A DNA stretch of 64,000 nucleotides, taken from an uncultured delta proteobacterium. GTDB lineage: Bacteria > Desulfobacterota > Binatia > Bin18. Within the stretch, counting starts at the first letter, position 1. The number at the start of each line of letters is the position of its first letter. A program made the translations under genes and the position numbers. The stretch lies in NCBI GenBank assembly GCA_963733195.1, contig CAVTCR010000008.1, positions 35,031-99,030 of the forward strand, written 5' to 3'. Below are positions 45,538 through 57,007 of the stretch, in pieces. The notes under the pieces were generated by a model. It saw only the letters and a list, made by a program, of their open reading frames with translations. It did no database searches and had not been told where the DNA came from.

Positions 45538-47215
45538 ATGGGTAAACACATGCAGGAGAAAGATTGGAGCCACACTCTTGATGGCCTTTGGACTTGCCAC
45601 GGTTGTGTCAACACCGTGGCCCACGCGCAGGAGAAAAAGCCCAACATCCTATTCATCGTGTCCGACGACACGGGCTATGGCGATCTCGGCCCTTATGGCG
45701 GCGGCGAGGGGCGCGGCATGCCGACCCCCAACATCGACCGTATGGCGAGCGAAGGGCATGACGTTCTTCTCTTTCTACGCGCAGCCGAGTTGTACGCCTG
45801 GCCGAGCCGCTATGCAGACCGGACGCATCCCGAACCGTAGCGGGATGACCACCGTGGCCTTTCAGGGCCAGGGCGGCGGTCTGCCGGCTGCGGAATGGAC
45901 CTTGGCCTCGGTGCTGAAGACAGGGGGGCTATCAAACCTATCTTTACCGGCAAGTGGCACCTCGGTGAGGCGGACTATGCGCTGCCCACCGATCAGGGCT
46001 ACGACGAAATGAGGTACAGTCGGCCTCTATCATCTCAATGCCTATACCTACGCCGACCCGACCTGGTTCCCCGACATGGATCCGGAATTGCGCGCGATGT
46101 TCCAAAAAGTGACCAAGGGAGCGCTGTCGGGCAAGGCCGGTGAGTCAGCGAAGGAAGATTTCAAGATCAACGGCCAATACGTCAACACGCCCTGAGAAGA
46201 GGCGTCGTTGGTATCCTGTTCTTCGACGGTTACATCGAGAAGGCGGCACTCGACTTCCTCGACAAGGCGGCCAAGAAGTCGGAGAAGCCGTTCTTCATCA
46301 ACGTCAATTTCATGAAGGTACACCAGCCGAACATGCCGCACCCGGACTATCAACACAAATCCCTGTCGAAGAGCAAGTACGCCGACTCGGTGGTGGAGAT
46401 CGATGCGCGTATCGGCCGGATCATGGACAAGCTGCGCGCGCTTGGCCTCGACAAGAACACGTAGGTGTTCTAGACCACCGACAACGGGGCTTGGCAGGAC
46501 GTATACCCGGATGCTGGGTACACGCCGTTCCGCGGTACCAAAGGCACGGTGCGCGAAGGTGGCAACCGCGTTCTGCGATCGCCGTGTGGCCAGGGAAGAT
46601 CAAAGCGGGAACGAAGAATTACGACATCGTGGGTGGTCTCGATCTACATGGCGACCTTTGCTGCGCTCGGCGGCGTCGAAGAAGCAGGAGAAGGATCGCG
46701 AAGGAAAGCCGATGATGTTCGATAGCTACGACATGTCGCCGGTGCTGTTCGGCACGGGCAAGTCGTGCGCGTAAGGCCTGGTTCGATTCCACCGAGAATG
46801 AACTGACGCCGGGTGCGGCACGGGTGGGTAACTACAAGAGCGCTGTTCAACCTGCGCGGCGATAATGGCCAGCACGACAGGATAGCTTGGCTGTAGACAC
46901 CAACCTCGGTTGGAAAGGTGCGGAAAAATATGTGGCCACCGTGCCGCAGGTTTTCGACCTCTCGGCAGGACCCACAGGAACGTTACGACCTCTTCATGAA
47001 CAACTACACGGAGCGGACGTGGATGGGCGTGGTGCTGGATCGAACGAGTCGATCAAGAAGGTTATGAATACGTACGTCGATTCACCCGCCGCGCAAGATG
47101 CAAAGCATGGGCTACGACGGACCGATCACACTTTCGAACTATCAAAAGTTTGAGTGGGTCCGAGAGCATACTAGCAAAGGAAGGAATGAATATCCCCTGC
47201 AGACGGGAAATATAC
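45538..47215 (+). CDS. arylsulfatase (Cys-type, CTPGR)
   Basis: KPNILFIVSDD, QPSCTPGRAAMQTGR, GKWHLG, TDNG; many indels. Confidence 0.88.
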
Positions 47216-47242
47216 GGATTACCACTTGCGGATTGCTTCTCA

Positions 47243-47320
47243 GTCCCGGGCTCCGCCTGGGACTGCAGTGTTACCGAGGCTCGCCGTCATATTGCGTGCC
47301 CAGGCAGAGTCTGGGCACGA
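47243..47320. repeat. REP pair of CCCAGGC(T/A)..GCCTGGG type
   Basis: CCCGGGCTCCGCCTGGG...CCCAGGCAGAGTCTGGG; same family as 54999-55072. Confidence 0.65.
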
Positions 47321-47341
47321 GGAAAGGAAGCACAGCGGAAA

Positions 47342-49005
47342 ATGGGAGTAAGTGTAATCGAGAGGAGTAAATACATTACGCAGAATCGTGTGGTAGCCAC
47401 ACTGTTGATGGCCTTGGGTGGTTGCCCTGGTCGGCACCCCCACTGCCCAAGCGCAGGAGAAAAGCCCAACATCGTCGTCATCATGGGTGACGACATCGGC
47501 AGGTGGAACATCGGCGCCTACCACCGCGGCCTGATGGCTGGACGGACGCCGAATCTCGACAAGCTGGCCAAGGAAGGGATGCTCTTCACCGACTACTACG
47601 CGGAGGCGAGCTGCACGGCGGGTCGCGCCAACTTCGTCACCGGCGCAGCTACCCATTCGCACCGGGATGACCACGGTCGGCCAGGCCGGGAGCCAAGACC
47701 GGACTGCCAGCCGAGGCTGTCACCATCGCCACTGCGCTCAAAGCGCAGGGCTACGCCACCGGCCAGTTCGGCAAGAACCATCTGGGCGATCTCAACGAGT
47801 TCCTGCCTACCGTCCACGGCTTCGACGAGTTCTTCGGCTATCTCTATCACCTCGATGCGATGGAGGACCCTGCGCATCCCAACTATCCCAGAACCTGGTG
47901 AATGACGTCGGTCCGCGCAACATGGTCCATAGCTGGGCCACGATACGGACGACACGACCGAAATGCCGCGCTGGGGCAAGGTCGGCAAGCAGAAAATCGA
48001 AGACGCCGGCACGCTCTACCCGAAGCGGATGGAAACCGTGGATGACGAGATCCGACGACTGTCGCGCTTCAAGTTCATGGACAAGGCCAAGGCGGACGGC
48101 AAGCCGTTCTTCGTCTGGCTCAACCCGACGCGCATGCACATCTTCACGCATCTCTCCGAAAAGTACGAGAAGATGCGCACCGCGGCAAGAACGGCTGGTC
48201 GCGCAGGAAGCCGGCATGGCCCAGCTCGACGACATCGTCGGCGCGATCATGAAGAAGCTCAAGGACATGGGCGTGGACGATAACACCATCGTCGTCTTCA
48301 CCACCGACAACGGCACCGAAGTGTTCACCTGGCCGGACGGCGGCACGACGCCGTTCACGCAGGCAAGAAGGGACGGTCATGGAAGGCGGCTTCCGCGTGC
48401 CGTGCATCGCCCGCTGGCCGGGCAAGGTCCGGCCGGACACGGTCGAGAACGGCATCATCTCGGGCCTCGACTGGTTCCCGACGCTCCTGGCCGCAGCCGG
48501 CAACCCGGACATCACCGACGAGCTGCTGAAGGGCGTGAAGCTCGGCGACCGGACCTACAAGAACCACCTCGACGGCTACAACCAGATGGACCTGATCACC
48601 GGCAAAGGCCCGTCCAGAGCGCCACGAGATCTTCTATTTCGACGAGACGCGAACTCGGCGCGCGTGCGCATTGACAACTTCAAGTTCCGCTTCATCCACC
48701 AGCCCACGGCTGGCCCGGTCCGAAGAGTCACGCTGACATGCCCGACTCACCAACCTGCGTCTGGATCCGTTCGAGCGCCACGGCTGACCCGACAACGGGA
48801 CGAAGGACGAGGCGGGCAGCTACTACATTCGATTTGTTCAAGCATGAGTTCTGGCGCTTCGTGCTCGTCCAGGAGGAAGTCGCGCAAGCTCGCCAGACCT
48901 GCGTCGACTATCCCGCCGATGCAGAGCCGGCGCGAGCTTCAACCTCGACGCCGTGAAGGCGAAGATCGAAGCGGCATGAACAGGGCAGCGCGGCCAAAGG
49001 CCCCG
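47342..49005 (+). CDS. arylsulfatase (Cys-type, CTAGR)
   Basis: [40 protein letters not shown]. Confidence 0.9.
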
Positions 49006-49069
49006 ACCGTGATCGCGACGGCCGCACGGCGGCCCGACGAGTCGCCCGCCAAAATCGAAGAAGCAACCT

Positions 49070-50061
49070 ATGAAACAAGCCATCATGCAATTGTGCTCGC
49101 GCTGCTGCGCTTGCGTTGCCGCATCCACGTCATGCCGCACGACCCGCTTCCCTCCTGGAACGACACCGCGCCGAAGAAGGCCATCGTCGCCTTCGTCGAG
49201 AAGGTGACCAAGGAAGGCTCGCCCGACTTCGTCCCGCCTGCCGAGCGCATCGCCACGTTCGACAACGACGGCACGCTCTGGGCCGAGCAGCCGATGTATT
49301 TCCAGCTCGCTCTTCGCGCTCGACCGCGTGAAGGCGCTGGCGCCGCAGCATCCCGAGTGGAAGGACAAGGAGCCCTTCGCCTCGCTGCTCAAGGGCGACG
49401 TGAAAGGCGCGCTCGCCGGCGGCGAGACCGGCCATCGGGCAGATCGTCATGGCCACGCACGCGGGCATGACCACCGAGGAGTTCGACGAAGATCGTCAAG
49501 GACTGGATCGCCACGCGCGAAGCATCCGAAGACCGGGCGGCTCTACACCGAGATGGTCTATCAGCCGATGCTCGAACTGCTCGCCTACCTGCGCGCGAAC
49601 GGCTTCAAGACCTTCATCGTCTCCGGCGGCGGCATCGAGTTCATGCGCCCGTGGACGGAGAAGGTCTATGGCATCCCGCCCGAGCAGGTCGTCGGCAGCA
49701 GCGGCAAGACGAAGTTCGAGATGCGCGACGGCAAGCCCGTGCTGATGAAGCTGCCGGAGATCAACTTCATCGACGACAAGGCCGGCAAACCCGTCGGCAT
49801 CCAGCAGCACATCGGCCGCCGCCCGATCGCCGCCTTCGGCAACTCCGACGGCGACCTGCAGATGCTGCAGTGGACCGCCGCCGGCAGCGGCGCCGCGCTT
49901 CTGCCTGCTCGTCCACCACACCGACGCCGAGCGCGAATGGGCCTACGACCGGAAGTCTCCGATCGGCACGCTGGACAAGGCGCTCGACGAAGCCAAGGCC
50001 AAGGGCTGGACCGTCGTGGACATGAAGAACGACTGGAAGACGCATCTTCCCGTTCGAGTAG
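49070..50061 (+). CDS. secreted HAD-family hydrolase (acid phosphatase-like)
   Basis: DPLPSWND, FDNDGTLWAEQP, IVSGGG, AFGNSDGD. Confidence 0.88.
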
Positions 50062-50245
50062 CAGGGCGACACAATTGAACGATCCCGAACGTTATCAAAC
50101 GTATAACTTGAACTATCGCACGGTGTCCCCGAACAGCCACGCACCGTAGAATGCGGAACGATTCAACAACAGTCAGGAATTGACAGAGACCTCTGGGAGC
50201 GGCGCTCGGTTGATCGCGAGCAGTGCGGGAGGAGAGGAAGAACAA

Positions 50246-51556
50246 ATGTTTCATATCGTCGTACATGTCATTGCATTGGCCCTCTGTGTGACCTTGGTCA
50301 CCTCATCAGCCTGGGCGGCGGGGGCGTATCTCTATGAAAATGGCACGCCGGACCTGGGCACGGCGGCGGCCGGCCGAGCGGCACTCGGACAGGACGCCTC
50401 GACTGTCATTGGCAACCCCGCCGGCATGACCCGGCTGGAGCATTCACAACTCACGGGAAGTTTGTATACCATCCTGCCGTCGATGCAATTTGATCGGGGC
50501 TCTGGGAGCATCGGCAGCGGGGGGAATGGCTTCAATGCCGGCGCCCCGATTCCCTCCTTGAGCGTCGGTCAGTATCCCTGTGCCGGCAGGAAGCTTCTTC
50601 TATGTCTACAGTGCGTCCCCGGACGTGAAACTCGGGGTGGGAGTCGTCTCCGCGTACGGCGGCGGCCTCAATTACGGCAAAGAATGGGTCGGCCGCTACT
50701 ACGTGCAGAAAGCGCAAAGCCTCTCCTTCACCCTCAACCCCGGGGCCGCCTATCGGGTGAACCCCTGGCTGTCGATCGGCGGCGGGGTCAGTGTCAACTA
50801 CAGTCTGCTTGTCCCAGACCGCCGCCGTGAACAACCTTGCCGCAACGGCTCCCGGACGGCCGGCTCAAATTCAAAGCCGATGACTGGCGCTTAGGGGGGA
50901 ACGTCGGGGTGTTGGTGGAGCCGAGTGCACGCCTGCGCTTCGGTGTGACCTACCGGTCGTCCGTCGATTTTTCGTACAAGGACAACATCAAGTTCACGAA
51001 CGTGGGGCCGGGACTGCGGCGCGCCCTGGAACGGACGGGCGTGCTCGGTGGGGAAACCACCCTTGAGCAGACCGTGCCCCAGACGGTCATGGCGAGTTGG
51101 TATTATGCGCTCACGGACCAGCTCGCATTGATGGGCAACTTCGGCTGGCAGAACTGGAAAGAGTACGGGGATGTGGATGTCACGGTGAGTTCCGACACCA
51201 CCCGGAGCGTGACCCCGGACGCCCACTTTCAGGACACCTGGCATCAGGCCATTGGGCTGCAGTATCGCCTCGCTCGCCCGTGGCTCCTCTCCGCCGGCTT
51301 CGCGCACGACAGTGCGCCGGTGTCGAAATTCCACCGCACCCCGACCGCGCCCTATGACGAGACGTTCCGCTACGGGGCAGGCCTGCAGTATGAGTGGAGC
51401 GAACGGCTGACGGTGGGCGCGGCCTATGAATACTTGGATCTCGGAGACGCAGAGATTGCCAACTTACGGCGTGGTCCGCTGTCCGGCACCCTGGATGGGG
51501 ACTACTCCAGCAACCATGTGCATTTCATCGCCCTGAACGTGACCTTGAAGTTCTGA
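50246..51556 (+). CDS. FadL/OmpP1/TodX-family outer-membrane transport protein
   Basis: LYENGTPDLGTAAAGRAA, GNPAGMTRL, C-terminal LKF. Confidence 0.88.
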
Positions 51557-51741
51557 GCAGAGGAGGTCTCGCCATGCTGTGTACTAAGAACAAAGTGAGG
51601 CGAGCAGTCGAAGACAAATAGCACTCACAGAAAGGAGGAGCATATGTTGCGCAGGTTTACCCATGGTCCTGATAACAAGTTGTAGCGAGGAACTTTGCCC
51701 TCAAACGTCCCCTCTTTCGTCAAGAGGAGAAAGGAGAATGT

Positions 51742-52188
51742 ATGTCTACGAAGCAAATACTGACAAGGTTCATACTAGGAGTCGCCTTCCTCCTGGCTGT
51801 GACTGCGGCCGCCGAGGCCCAAACCCCTTCCGGGTCGGTCGCGTTTGAGACCGCTGAGGCCTCCGCCATGGGTGATCCCAGTGGGTCGGCTGTAGCCTCA
51901 CCCTTAATGGCAAAATCTATGGGTGCACGGTGACCGGGCTGTCCGCCCCCGTCACCGGTATCGCCAGGGTTTCAGGCATGGTGTTCGACCTGAAGGATCC
52001 GGGGAACTTTGCCGGCACCTACACAGCGGCGGGAAATGACATTTCGCTGGGGGGCGGCCATCTGGTGCTAAAAAACCAGAACGGCGTCAGGATGAGTCCT
52101 GACTGCGTTTGGCGACCTCGTTGAATTGCGAGCCGCCGATAAGGGGGTCGTGGTCACGTTGAAGGAGGAGCGCAAGAAAGCCCGCTAA
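51742..52188 (+). CDS. secreted EipA/DUF1134-like protein, paralog 2
   Basis: QTPSGSVAFETAE...SGMVFDLKDPGNFAGTY...LVLKNQNGVRM; frameshifted. Confidence 0.65.
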
Positions 52189-52282
52189 GGGGCTGGGTAG
52201 TGAGTGCGGACGGCGCATGAGGAGCCCGAACAAAAGCACAATTCGCGAGCTGGGATAGCCTGGCACAGGGAAGGAGTCGAAC

Positions 52283-52738
52283 ATGCAGCGTTGGAGTACA
52301 GTATTGGTAATGGGGGTGCTCTGCTTAATCCTCCACTCGGAGCTGCGGGCCCAAGATCCGATGCTCGACTTCCCCGCAGAGTCCATGATCCGGCTCACCG
52401 GGATTCTAGATCTCAACAAACAACCCCAAACCTCAGCATATCCACTCCTCACGGTTTGGGTCGGGGAGAAGACCGGGCAGTTTCAGGTTACTCGCGTTGA
52501 GTCGGTGATACCGGAATATCCGGCCGAAGAAGAGCTTCGACAAGTGTCGGGGCTGGGGTTGCGTCTGCTTGCCGAAAAAGAGGCGCTCAGTGCTTTACAG
52601 GATCCACAGATGCAAGGCCGCCCGATTGTGATTGAGGGGCAGCTCCAGGTGCAGAGGGGCATCTTGAATGTCCGCTCGGTGCGGGCAGCGGCCGCGGCGC
52701 AGAGCACGCCGGCTGCGAAGGGTCAGGCGCATCCATAG
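52283..52738 (+). CDS. hypothetical secreted protein
   Basis: Clean ORF with RBS and signal peptide. Confidence 0.7.
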   Translation: MQRWSTVLVMGVLCLILHSELRAQDPMLDFPAESMIRLTGILDLNKQPQTSAYPLLTVWVGEKTGQFQVTRVESVIPEYPAEEELRQVSGLGLRLLAEKEALSALQDPQMQGRPIVIEGQLQVQRGILNVRSVRAAAAAQSTPAAKGQAHP

Positions 52739-52848
52739 GACCCCGCGCCTTATGCAGGTTGATGAGCAATTTGTCACTAACAAGAAGATGGACAAGGAAA
52801 TAGCCTTATCCAGATAAATTCATTGTGAAATTGATCCGTGAAAGGAGA

Positions 52849-53328
52849 ATGCAGATGTTGAACTACAGAAGATGTGTCGTGACGGGGATATTCGTATTCG
52901 GACTGATAGCCAGTGGCGCTAGCGTGAAGGCTCAAGAAGATCCAGCCCAGGTATATGCGGGGAAGAAACCGGATGCGACCGTGGACCTCGATGAGATCCA
53001 AATTGCCTATCTAGCGATGGGGACACTTGGTGGTGGCACGCTCCACTTTCAAGGGAAAGACTACCGGTTCAAGCTCGGTGGGCTGGGCGTGGGGGGAGCA
53101 GGTGTGGACAAGCTCAAGGCTACTGGTGAAGTCTTCGGACTGAAGAACCCTGCGGACTTCGCGGGTGAATACCTCGATGGACGAGTTGGCCTTGCGGCTA
53201 CGGTCAAAGGTGCGGGGCATTTGTGGTTGAAAAACAGCAAAGGGGTCAATATGCAATTGAAGACGCATCTTGAAGGGTTGGCACTGACCATGGGTGGTGA
53301 TGCTATCACCGTAAAGATGGACAAGTAG
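52849..53328 (+). CDS. secreted EipA/DUF1134-like protein, paralog 3
   Basis: GGGTLHFQGKDYRFKLGGLGVG, ATGEVFGLK..DFAGEY, LWLKNSKGV. Confidence 0.75.
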   Translation: MQMLNYRRCVVTGIFVFGLIASGASVKAQEDPAQVYAGKKPDATVDLDEIQIAYLAMGTLGGGTLHFQGKDYRFKLGGLGVGGAGVDKLKATGEVFGLKNPADFAGEYLDGRVGLAATVKGAGHLWLKNSKGVNMQLKTHLEGLALTMGGDAITVKMDK

Positions 53329-53401
53329 GGTCGCCTGAGACGGCGGAGGCGAAACGCACGGCTTCGGTCAGCGAGTAGATCCTGGCCGAAGCGATGGATA
53401 A

Positions 53402-53605
53402 ATGATGCCGAAGAACAAGCCGTCACTGCCAAGCAATCGTGCATTCGTCGTCCAACTACGCTGGGACGCGGACGTAGAGCATGGGGATGTCCGGGGGCGT
53501 GTCAAACACCTCACGTCGATGCAGGCGACCCACTTCGAGTCGGTCGAGGAGCTGGTAGCGTTTATCGCTTGCGTAGTCGCTGCTTTGCAGGTGGATGATC
53601 CGTGA
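53402..53605 (+). CDS. small hypothetical protein, paralog of 43357-43553
   Basis: PSLPSNRAFVVQL...GRVKHLTSMQATHFESVEELVAFI. Confidence 0.75.
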   Translation: MMPKNKPSLPSNRAFVVQLRWDADVEHGDVRGRVKHLTSMQATHFESVEELVAFIACVVAALQVDDP

Positions 53606-54292
53606 GCCAGGAACGAGATGGAAGGTGCTGGGTTTCAATAAGCGTGCATTCTGAAACTGCTGTGAGTCGAACGATGATGCACATATATAAGGGAGATTGC
53701 GATGAACTAAATGTAGATGTTATGTAGAGTTAAAGAAAGAAAAGAAAGAGGAGGAGAAAAGGGAAGAGGAGAGGAGGGGGATGGCGATCAAGCAGGAGAA
53801 AGTCGAAAAGACGGTGCAAAAGAAGATGATTGAGATTCCGAAAGATGCGCGGTTGAAAAAAAAGGAGAGAAAAGAGAGGGAGAGGAAAGAGAAGAGAAGA
53901 AAAAAGAAGAAAAGGAAAAGAAAAGAGAGGAAGGGAAAGAGAGAGAAAGAGAAAAAGGGAAGAAAAGAAGAGGAAAGGAAAAAAAAGAGGGAGAGAAGGG
54001 AAAAGAGAAAAAAGAGAAAGTATATGGGGAGAGAGAAGCGAGACGTAGAGCGTAAGCGCCAACAGCAGTCGGAGAAACACCCAGAGTGAGTGACAATTGC
54101 TCGCGGGAACCTTACTACGCTACGCTACGCTCAAAGGAGAGAATATAGTGTCCACGCCCCAGTGGTGAGCGTAACACGAAGGGAAAAGATCTTAAGAGCT
54201 GCGAGTTTGAATGCAAAGTGCGAAAAGTGAAGTCGAAGTATGAACGGGGCTCACCACAAATGATTTAGGATACCTATATAAGGGAGATTGCG

Positions 54293-54880
54293 ATGAAAAA
54301 TGTAGTGTTTGTATTTAGTCTAGCCCTAGCGTTCAGCCTTGGTGAGGTGCGCGCCCAGGCGCAAGGCGGCGCGAGCCAGAACACGATGGGAGTCGACGTT
54401 CAGATAAAGGCGGTGATCGCCAAGGCCAAGAATCCCAGCCCGCCGGCCACCGCCAGCAAGAAAACCACCACCGGCAAGGGCAAGGCGACGGTCAACACAG
54501 CGAACACACAGGGGGAAGACGATTCCTTCTGGGTTGAGTCCATCGATATCGACGGGGACGGCACGGTCGAAGAAACTGATATCCTCTATGACGATGAGGA
54601 CAAAGTGTTCGTGCTGTATGACGACGGGGACTTCAAATGCAAAGGGGGAGGGGTAGGCGAAGGGAGCCTGCTCATTGCGGTGAATGCCGCCGGGAATGGC
54701 CGTGGCAGACCGGTCGGGTCGGGTTGGTACGTAGTGGAGCTAGACGAGAGTGAGTGCAAGGCGAAGGCCGCAGGGCTATACGGGTGTAAGTTTGACGCGA
54801 ATGGAAACGCCACGGCGTGCGGCCTAGCCACGATCGACGAAAAGAATGACGAGATCATGATCGCGGAGGTTACACAATAG
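54293..54880 (+). CDS. secreted acidic protein with DxDGDG Ca-binding-like motif and 4 Cys
   Basis: Signal peptide, IDIDGDGTVEETD. Confidence 0.75.
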   Translation: MKNVVFVFSLALAFSLGEVRAQAQGGASQNTMGVDVQIKAVIAKAKNPSPPATASKKTTTGKGKATVNTANTQGEDDSFWVESIDIDGDGTVEETDILYDDEDKVFVLYDDGDFKCKGGGVGEGSLLIAVNAAGNGRGRPVGSGWYVVELDESECKAKAAGLYGCKFDANGNATACGLATIDEKNDEIMIAEVTQ

Positions 54881-54893
54881 AAACTCGGATTAA

Positions 54894-55217
54894 GGACTAT
54901 GGGACAAAACCTCCACAGTCTGGCATAAGGCCAAGGCGTCATTGCGAGTTGTCCATAGCGCTGACGCTAAGCTTTCAAGTAAAAACGGGACACGTGCTCG
55001 TCCCCAGGCTCTGCCTGGGGACGGAATGAGACGGAGTCTCCTGACTACTGCCGTTCCAGGCAGAGCCTGGGACGGAGGACTGAAGATTTGTTTCTGAGCA
55101 GCGGAGCGAAGCAATCTTTGCCCGAAAACAGCGATTACTTCGTCACTTAGCGCTCCTCGCAATGACAGTCTCGCCTCTTCTACTCCTGTGGTCGTCCAGT
55201 GCTTTGTCTCACGGTCC
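54894..55217. mobile_element. MITE with ~15 bp TIRs and TAA duplication, containing nested REPs
   Basis: TAA|GGACTATGGGACAAA ... TTTGTCTCACGGTCC|TAA. Confidence 0.7.
54949..55099 (-). mobile_element. CT-flanked miniature insert within a REP hairpin (copy 2)
   Basis: Minus strand GCTCAGAAACAAAT...TTAGCGTCAGCGCTATGG; splits host TCCGCT^CGCAATGA; cargo CCCAGGCTCTGCCTGGG pair. Confidence 0.6.
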
Positions 55218-55231
55218 TAAAGGAGGAAGTC

Positions 55232-56143
55232 ATGTTCAGAGGTTTTTATCTGTTCGCACTGGTAGTGGCACTGCTGTTTGTTGGCAGCGCCACTGCCCAG
55301 GACGCACTGGCGAAGGCCGAGAAGCCTGCGAAGGCGGCGAAAGCGGCTAAGACGCCAAGCCCTCCGACTGTGCCGCCGCCTGCCATTACCCTCGAACCCA
55401 AGGCGATCGATATCCTCAAGGCCGCCTGTAGTCGTCTGGCTGCCGCCAAGTCGATGGCATTCACCGTGGTGCTCTCCTACGAGAGTCCCAGTCGCTTGGG
55501 TGCGCCGCTGGTGTACACGACGAAGTCCGAGGTTGCCTTACAGCGGCCGGATAAGCTGCGGGTGATTACCAGCGGCGATGGCCCGGCCTCTGAGTTCTAC
55601 TACGATGGCAAAGTGATGATGGCGTTTGAGCCAGCGGCGAACCTGGTGGCGGTGGCCGACGCGCCGCCCACGATCGACGCCACCCTGAAGGCGGCCTATG
55701 ACTCGGCGGCAATCTACTTTCCGTTCACCGATGTGATTGTTGCCGACCCCTACCAGGATATTGCCGACGGGCTCAAGTTAGCCTTCTACATTGGGCAGTC
55801 ACGGATTATGGGGGGAACGACGACGGACATGATCGCGTACGCCAACGAGGAGGTCTTCGTGCAGATGTGGGTGGGGGCGGAGGACAAGTTACCACGGATG
55901 ATGCGGGCGGTATTCAGCAAAGATCCAGCGCGGATGCGGCATCAGATGGAGTTATCGAACTGGCAGCTTGATACCACCGTTGCGGCGGACGCCTTTACCT
56001 CGGCGAAGGCGAGCAGCGCGACGCGCATTCAGTTTGCGCGGCCGGACCCGCAGTTACCGCCGGGGTTGAAGCCGCCGGTGCAGGGGCGGCCAGCGTTGAA
56101 GATTAAAGCACCAGCAAACCCCAGTAGGGAGGGAGAGTTATGA
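55232..56143 (+). CDS. DUF2092 periplasmic protein (LolA-like fold)
   Basis: LQRPDKLRV, FYYDGK, APPTIDA, QMWVGAEDKLP. Confidence 0.8.
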   Translation: MFRGFYLFALVVALLFVGSATAQDALAKAEKPAKAAKAAKTPSPPTVPPPAITLEPKAIDILKAACSRLAAAKSMAFTVVLSYESPSRLGAPLVYTTKSEVALQRPDKLRVITSGDGPASEFYYDGKVMMAFEPAANLVAVADAPPTIDATLKAAYDSAAIYFPFTDVIVADPYQDIADGLKLAFYIGQSRIMGGTTTDMIAYANEEVFVQMWVGAEDKLPRMMRAVFSKDPARMRHQMELSNWQLDTTVAADAFTSAKASSATRIQFARPDPQLPPGLKPPVQGRPALKIKAPANPSREGEL

Positions 56144-56932
56144 TGAAAACAATCGCGATTGGTTCTATCGGTCTTCTGATCACGGCGCTTGCGATTGGGC
56201 AGGCTGCGGCTTGGTCTCACGCTAACAGATTCGGCGGGGGTTCGGCGGGGGGTGGCGGCTCGCTGGGTCACGAGTGGCGCCTTCGGTGGACATGCGTCGG
56301 GCGGGGGTGGCTCCTGGAGTGCCGAGGGTGTCCGCGGCGGGAGCGCCTCGGGTGGCGGCGGCTCTTGGAGTGGGACTGGCGCCTATGGTGGACATGCGTC
56401 GGGTGGCGACGGCTCTTGGAACGCCACCGGCGCCTATGGTGGACATGCGTCGGGTGGAGACGGCTCCTGGAGCGCCACGAACAGTTACGGTACGACCGCC
56501 TATCACTCCACGGGCTATGGCACGGTGGCCTATGGGACGACAGTTCATAACACGACCGCCTACTACGGCGGAGCCTATTACGGAGGGTACCATCCACCTA
56601 CCACCGTGAACTACTACGGCAGCGGGTGCTACAACTGCGGCGGTTGGTCCACTGCGGGCGCCGCGGCCGCGGGTGCCGCCGTCGGTTTGGTCGCGGGTGC
56701 GGCCGTGGCTTCGGCCAATACCAGCGCTGCCACCTCGAATGCCTACTCCGCGGGCTACGCTGCTGGCAGCACGAACACTGCGTATGCGATGAACGCGATC
56801 TACGCAACCTTGCCTGCAGGCTGCACCCCATCCACCGTCGGTGGCGCGCAGTATTATGTGTGCGGCAATACGTGGTTCCAGCCGTCTTTCGGCGCCAACG
56901 GCGTCTACTACCGTGTGGTGCCTGCGCCTTGA
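56140..56932 (+). CDS. secreted Gly-rich repeat protein with Tyr/Cys-rich C-terminal domain
   Basis: Repeats GAYGGHASGGDGSWxAT; TLPAGC...YYVCGNTWFQP...YRVVPAP; one frameshift. Confidence 0.75.
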
Positions 56933-57007
56933 GGAAGGGTAAAAACTGAATTGAGAGAGCCGTTTGATGAAGAAGGAAACAAGGGATGAGTCCAAGAAGA
57001 CTGACTA

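Noticed and set aside
45538-46480. In-frame TAG/TGA codons in sulfatase 1 as recoding (Pyl/Sec)
   Set aside because: They fall in an error-rich stretch at non-catalytic positions and no recoding machinery is seen
53730-54096. Lys/Arg/Glu-rich ORF and Phe/Leu/Ser-rich antisense ORFs
   Set aside because: By-products of a low-complexity purine tract that is probably a sequencing artefact
56270-56480. 51-bp tandem repeats as CRISPR or DGR repeats
   Set aside because: In-frame coding repeats with no unique spacers and no reverse transcriptase nearby
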